DNA from: Candidatus Omnitrophota bacterium
Lineage (GTDB): Bacteria > Omnitrophota > Gorgyraeia > Zapsychrales > JANLHA01
Length of the DNA stretch: 32,000 nt
Direction: 5' to 3'
Assembly: GCA_963662715.1 (NCBI GenBank)
Contig: OY759724.1
Coordinates: 2,370,001-2,402,000 of the forward strand
Under the pieces are notes generated by a model. That model did not search any database and was not told the DNA's origin. It saw nothing but the letters and a program-made list of their open reading frames with translations. Position numbers and translations under genes: made by a program. Of the stretch, positions 30,031 to 32,000 are shown one piece after another. Each line of letters opens with the position of its first letter. The first letter of the stretch is position 1.

Positions 30031-30393
30031 TTATGTTGTTAGGTTTTTTCTCACCACGCTCAGAATTTCTTCCGCCTTAAATGGTTTAACGACATAGCCG
30101 TCAGCACCTAATTTTACAGCTTCCGTAGCTGTCTCCTCAGACGCATAGATGGTCACCATAATAACTCCCACGCCGGGATAATCATTTTTGATGTGTTTAA
30201 GTATTTCCAGCCCATTGCTGCTTGGCATTTTGATATCCAGCAGAACCAGGCCAATCTCCTTGTCGTTCGCAAGGCAGTCAAGGCCTTGTCCGGCGTCTTC
30301 TGTGACAATCAGTTCATAAAAGTCACTGAGAATCAACTTAAGTGACTCCCGTACTCCTTCTTCGTCATCAATGATTAAAATTTTTTTTGACAT
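30031..30393 (-). CDS. Stand-alone response regulator receiver (CheY-like)
   Basis: KILIIDDEE, LVLLDIKMP, IMVT, VVKPF. Start set at the Met of MSKKIL (30393), where GGAGG sits 5 nt upstream on the coding strand. The track start 30405 falls within that RBS. Confidence 0.88.
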   Translation of the reverse strand: MSKKILIIDDEEGVRESLKLILSDFYELIVTEDAGQGLDCLANDKEIGLVLLDIKMPSSNGLEILKHIKNDYPGVGVIMVTIYASEETATEAVKLGADGYVVKPFKAEEILSVVRKNLTT

Positions 30394-30428
30394 TGGGGCC
30401 TCCATAATTTTAAAAAATAAGGGATAGG

Positions 30429-30980
30429 TTATAATTCTACCGGAGTCGTAACAGAGATCAATTTAGCCGGTCCGCTGCCGGTATTCTCAACAAAATGCTT
30501 AAGCGTGGCATTAAAATACAATGTATCATTGGGTTTAAGGGGGTGGCTTCTTTCTCCTACATGCAGGATGAGTTCTCCCTCCAAGATAAAGATGAATTTT
30601 TCCGTGCCGGGACGGTTTTGCTCGAGACTTGTCCTGCCGCCTTCCTCGATACGTAAGACAACAGGCAGCATTTTTTTGTTCATGATATTTCCTGTTAGAA
30701 TTTCATAGGAAGCTTTGTCGTTGTAAGTGAATGATTCGGGGGCGTCCCCGAGCTCGGCCTGAACCATTGATTTTTGCGTGGTTTCAACCCCTTTATATAG
30801 CTCAATCAGGTCAACACCCAGGGCTTGGGCTATCCGCATATGAGATTCCAGCGTGCCGGTCATTTTCATGTGTTCGATCCGGCTTAGGGTTGCAATCTGA
30901 ATTCCGCTTTTTTCGGCCAGATCTTTTAATTTTAAATTTTTTGCTTTCCGCAATTCTTTTATTTTCTTTCCTAGTTCCAT
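30429..30980 (-). CDS. XRE-family HTH transcriptional regulator with C-terminal cupin domain
   Basis: N-terminal HTH_3 LGKKIKELRKAKNLKLKDLAEKSGIQIATLSRIEH. C-terminal cupin GTEKFIFILEGELILHVG...DTLYFNATLKHFVENTG. Confidence 0.88.
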   Translation of the reverse strand: MELGKKIKELRKAKNLKLKDLAEKSGIQIATLSRIEHMKMTGTLESHMRIAQALGVDLIELYKGVETTQKSMVQAELGDAPESFTYNDKASYEILTGNIMNKKMLPVVLRIEEGGRTSLEQNRPGTEKFIFILEGELILHVGERSHPLKPNDTLYFNATLKHFVENTGSGPAKLISVTTPVEL

Positions 30981-31263
30981 GGGGTATTACCTCTAATTAA
31001 TACATTTGATAAATGGCCTGAAAGCCAATAACGGCATTCTCTGGTGGTGCGAACCGTATGCCAGTAAATGCATACTACCTTAATAAGTAGTTTCTGTAGA
31101 TACAATATAAGGTTATCATGATTTGATTAAATTGCAATATTTATTTGATGAATAATAAAATATATGTTGTTTCTGTCAATTGTATTCATACTCGACAGGA
31201 AATGCACCTATTAAACAAATACATGAAGAATAACCATCCGACCTCCCAAATGGAGTTTGGGAA

Positions 31264-31572
31264 ATGTGTCCTGATAGTAATGGTTTAATCCAAACGTCAA
31301 ATACAATATCAGACCTTCAACAATGGGGTACTCATCAAACGACTCAAAAATCACTAGCTTTAGGTGGAGATTACATTGAATCCTTTCAAGTTCGTGTCAA
31401 TAAACAAGGATTAATTGACGCAATTCAACTTTATGAACAAACTTTTTCTGGGCAAATGGATTATAATGCATTAAATCATAATAGTAATTTTGCTGTAAAC
31501 AGTATAATATATGTAGCGGGTGGTGATATCCCTGCGGGCGGTCGGGCTCCCGGATTTCCATCTAATCCATAA
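31264..31572 (+). CDS. Hypothetical protein (orphan, AT-rich segment), possibly the 3' part of a frameshifted gene
   Basis: 102-aa ORF. An overlapping 47-codon ORF that I translated at 31148-31288 lies in another frame. Weak NC/PPPDE-like motif YNALNHNSNFAV with Ser where those families have Cys. Confidence 0.35.
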   Translation: MCPDSNGLIQTSNTISDLQQWGTHQTTQKSLALGGDYIESFQVRVNKQGLIDAIQLYEQTFSGQMDYNALNHNSNFAVNSIIYVAGGDIPAGGRAPGFPSNP

Positions 31573-31587
31573 TTAAGGAATATAAAA

Positions 31588-31977
31588 ATGATAAAGAAAA
31601 TATATGTGATTTTAAGTTTTCTGGTTCTCGCTATGTTTTTATATCCAATGAGAGGAGTTCCGATGGCGATAAACCCTGATAAATCCAACGAAATCATAAA
31701 AAAGTATAACCGAATCAATTTTTCTGATGGTATTAATAAAGATGAGGCAATTATTATTGCCCAACATAGTATTGTTACTGATGAGGAAAATAATTGGAAG
31801 GATAATTTGAAAGTAGCCAGCGCAGAAGTTGACAATAGTGGTCTTGATGAAGGTTGGTGGGCAGTAGGATTTGATGCCACATTAAGTTTTAAATCAAGAA
31901 CAGGGTTAAGATGGTTTACTATTCACATTGATAAAAAGACAGGAGAGATAAAAAGTAAGGGCTGGGGGCCTGCATAA
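31588..31977 (+). CDS. Hypothetical exported small protein
   Basis: 129 aa with N-terminal hydrophobic signal or anchor IYVILSFLVLAMFLY. C-terminal WFTIHIDKKTGEIK resembles the PepSY-type beta-hairpin motif. aaggaa RBS-like sequence upstream. Confidence 0.5.
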   Translation: MIKKIYVILSFLVLAMFLYPMRGVPMAINPDKSNEIIKKYNRINFSDGINKDEAIIIAQHSIVTDEENNWKDNLKVASAEVDNSGLDEGWWAVGFDATLSFKSRTGLRWFTIHIDKKTGEIKSKGWGPA

Positions 31978-32000
31978 TTTTCGACGAGAAGTGCAAAAGA

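Overview
The window has three parts. (1) 1-4871 holds an rRNA operon: partial 16S, tRNA-Ile(GAU), tRNA-Ala(UGC), 23S, 5S and a terminator. The 16S carries compensated changes in normally invariant helices, so the lineage is probably divergent. A Minf_1886-like gene hints at the PVC superphylum. (2) 5057-21659 is a core block at roughly 50% GC by spot counts. It encodes a MORN-PAS-GAF-GGDEF diguanylate cyclase, marR with a TolC-like OMF and an RND pump but no adaptor gene, two membrane proteins, recG, rsmD, coaD, and the conserved yceD-rpmF-plsX-fabH-fabD cluster. (3) The most interesting part starts where fabG-acpP-fabF would be expected. There I see a FabZ-like hotdog protein whose catalytic His is replaced by Arg, translationally coupled to a 40-codon remnant of a ketoacyl-ACP synthase (KAS). 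A block of about 30% GC follows (about 22.46-26.7 kb). It carries a free-standing PKS-type SAM methyltransferase, an intact KAS of the same subfamily as the remnant, and a homolog of cyanobacterial acyl-ACP reductase (AAR) with no deformylating oxygenase. The block ends inside the 7TM sensor region of a GAF histidine kinase. I read this as a possibly undescribed methyl-branched fatty aldehyde/alcohol module acquired by recombination. Downstream lie a CheY-like receiver, a GAF-HD-GYP phosphodiesterase, a convergent XRE-cupin plus receiver operon, and an AT-rich orphan segment. I saw no CRISPR array, transposase or integrase.
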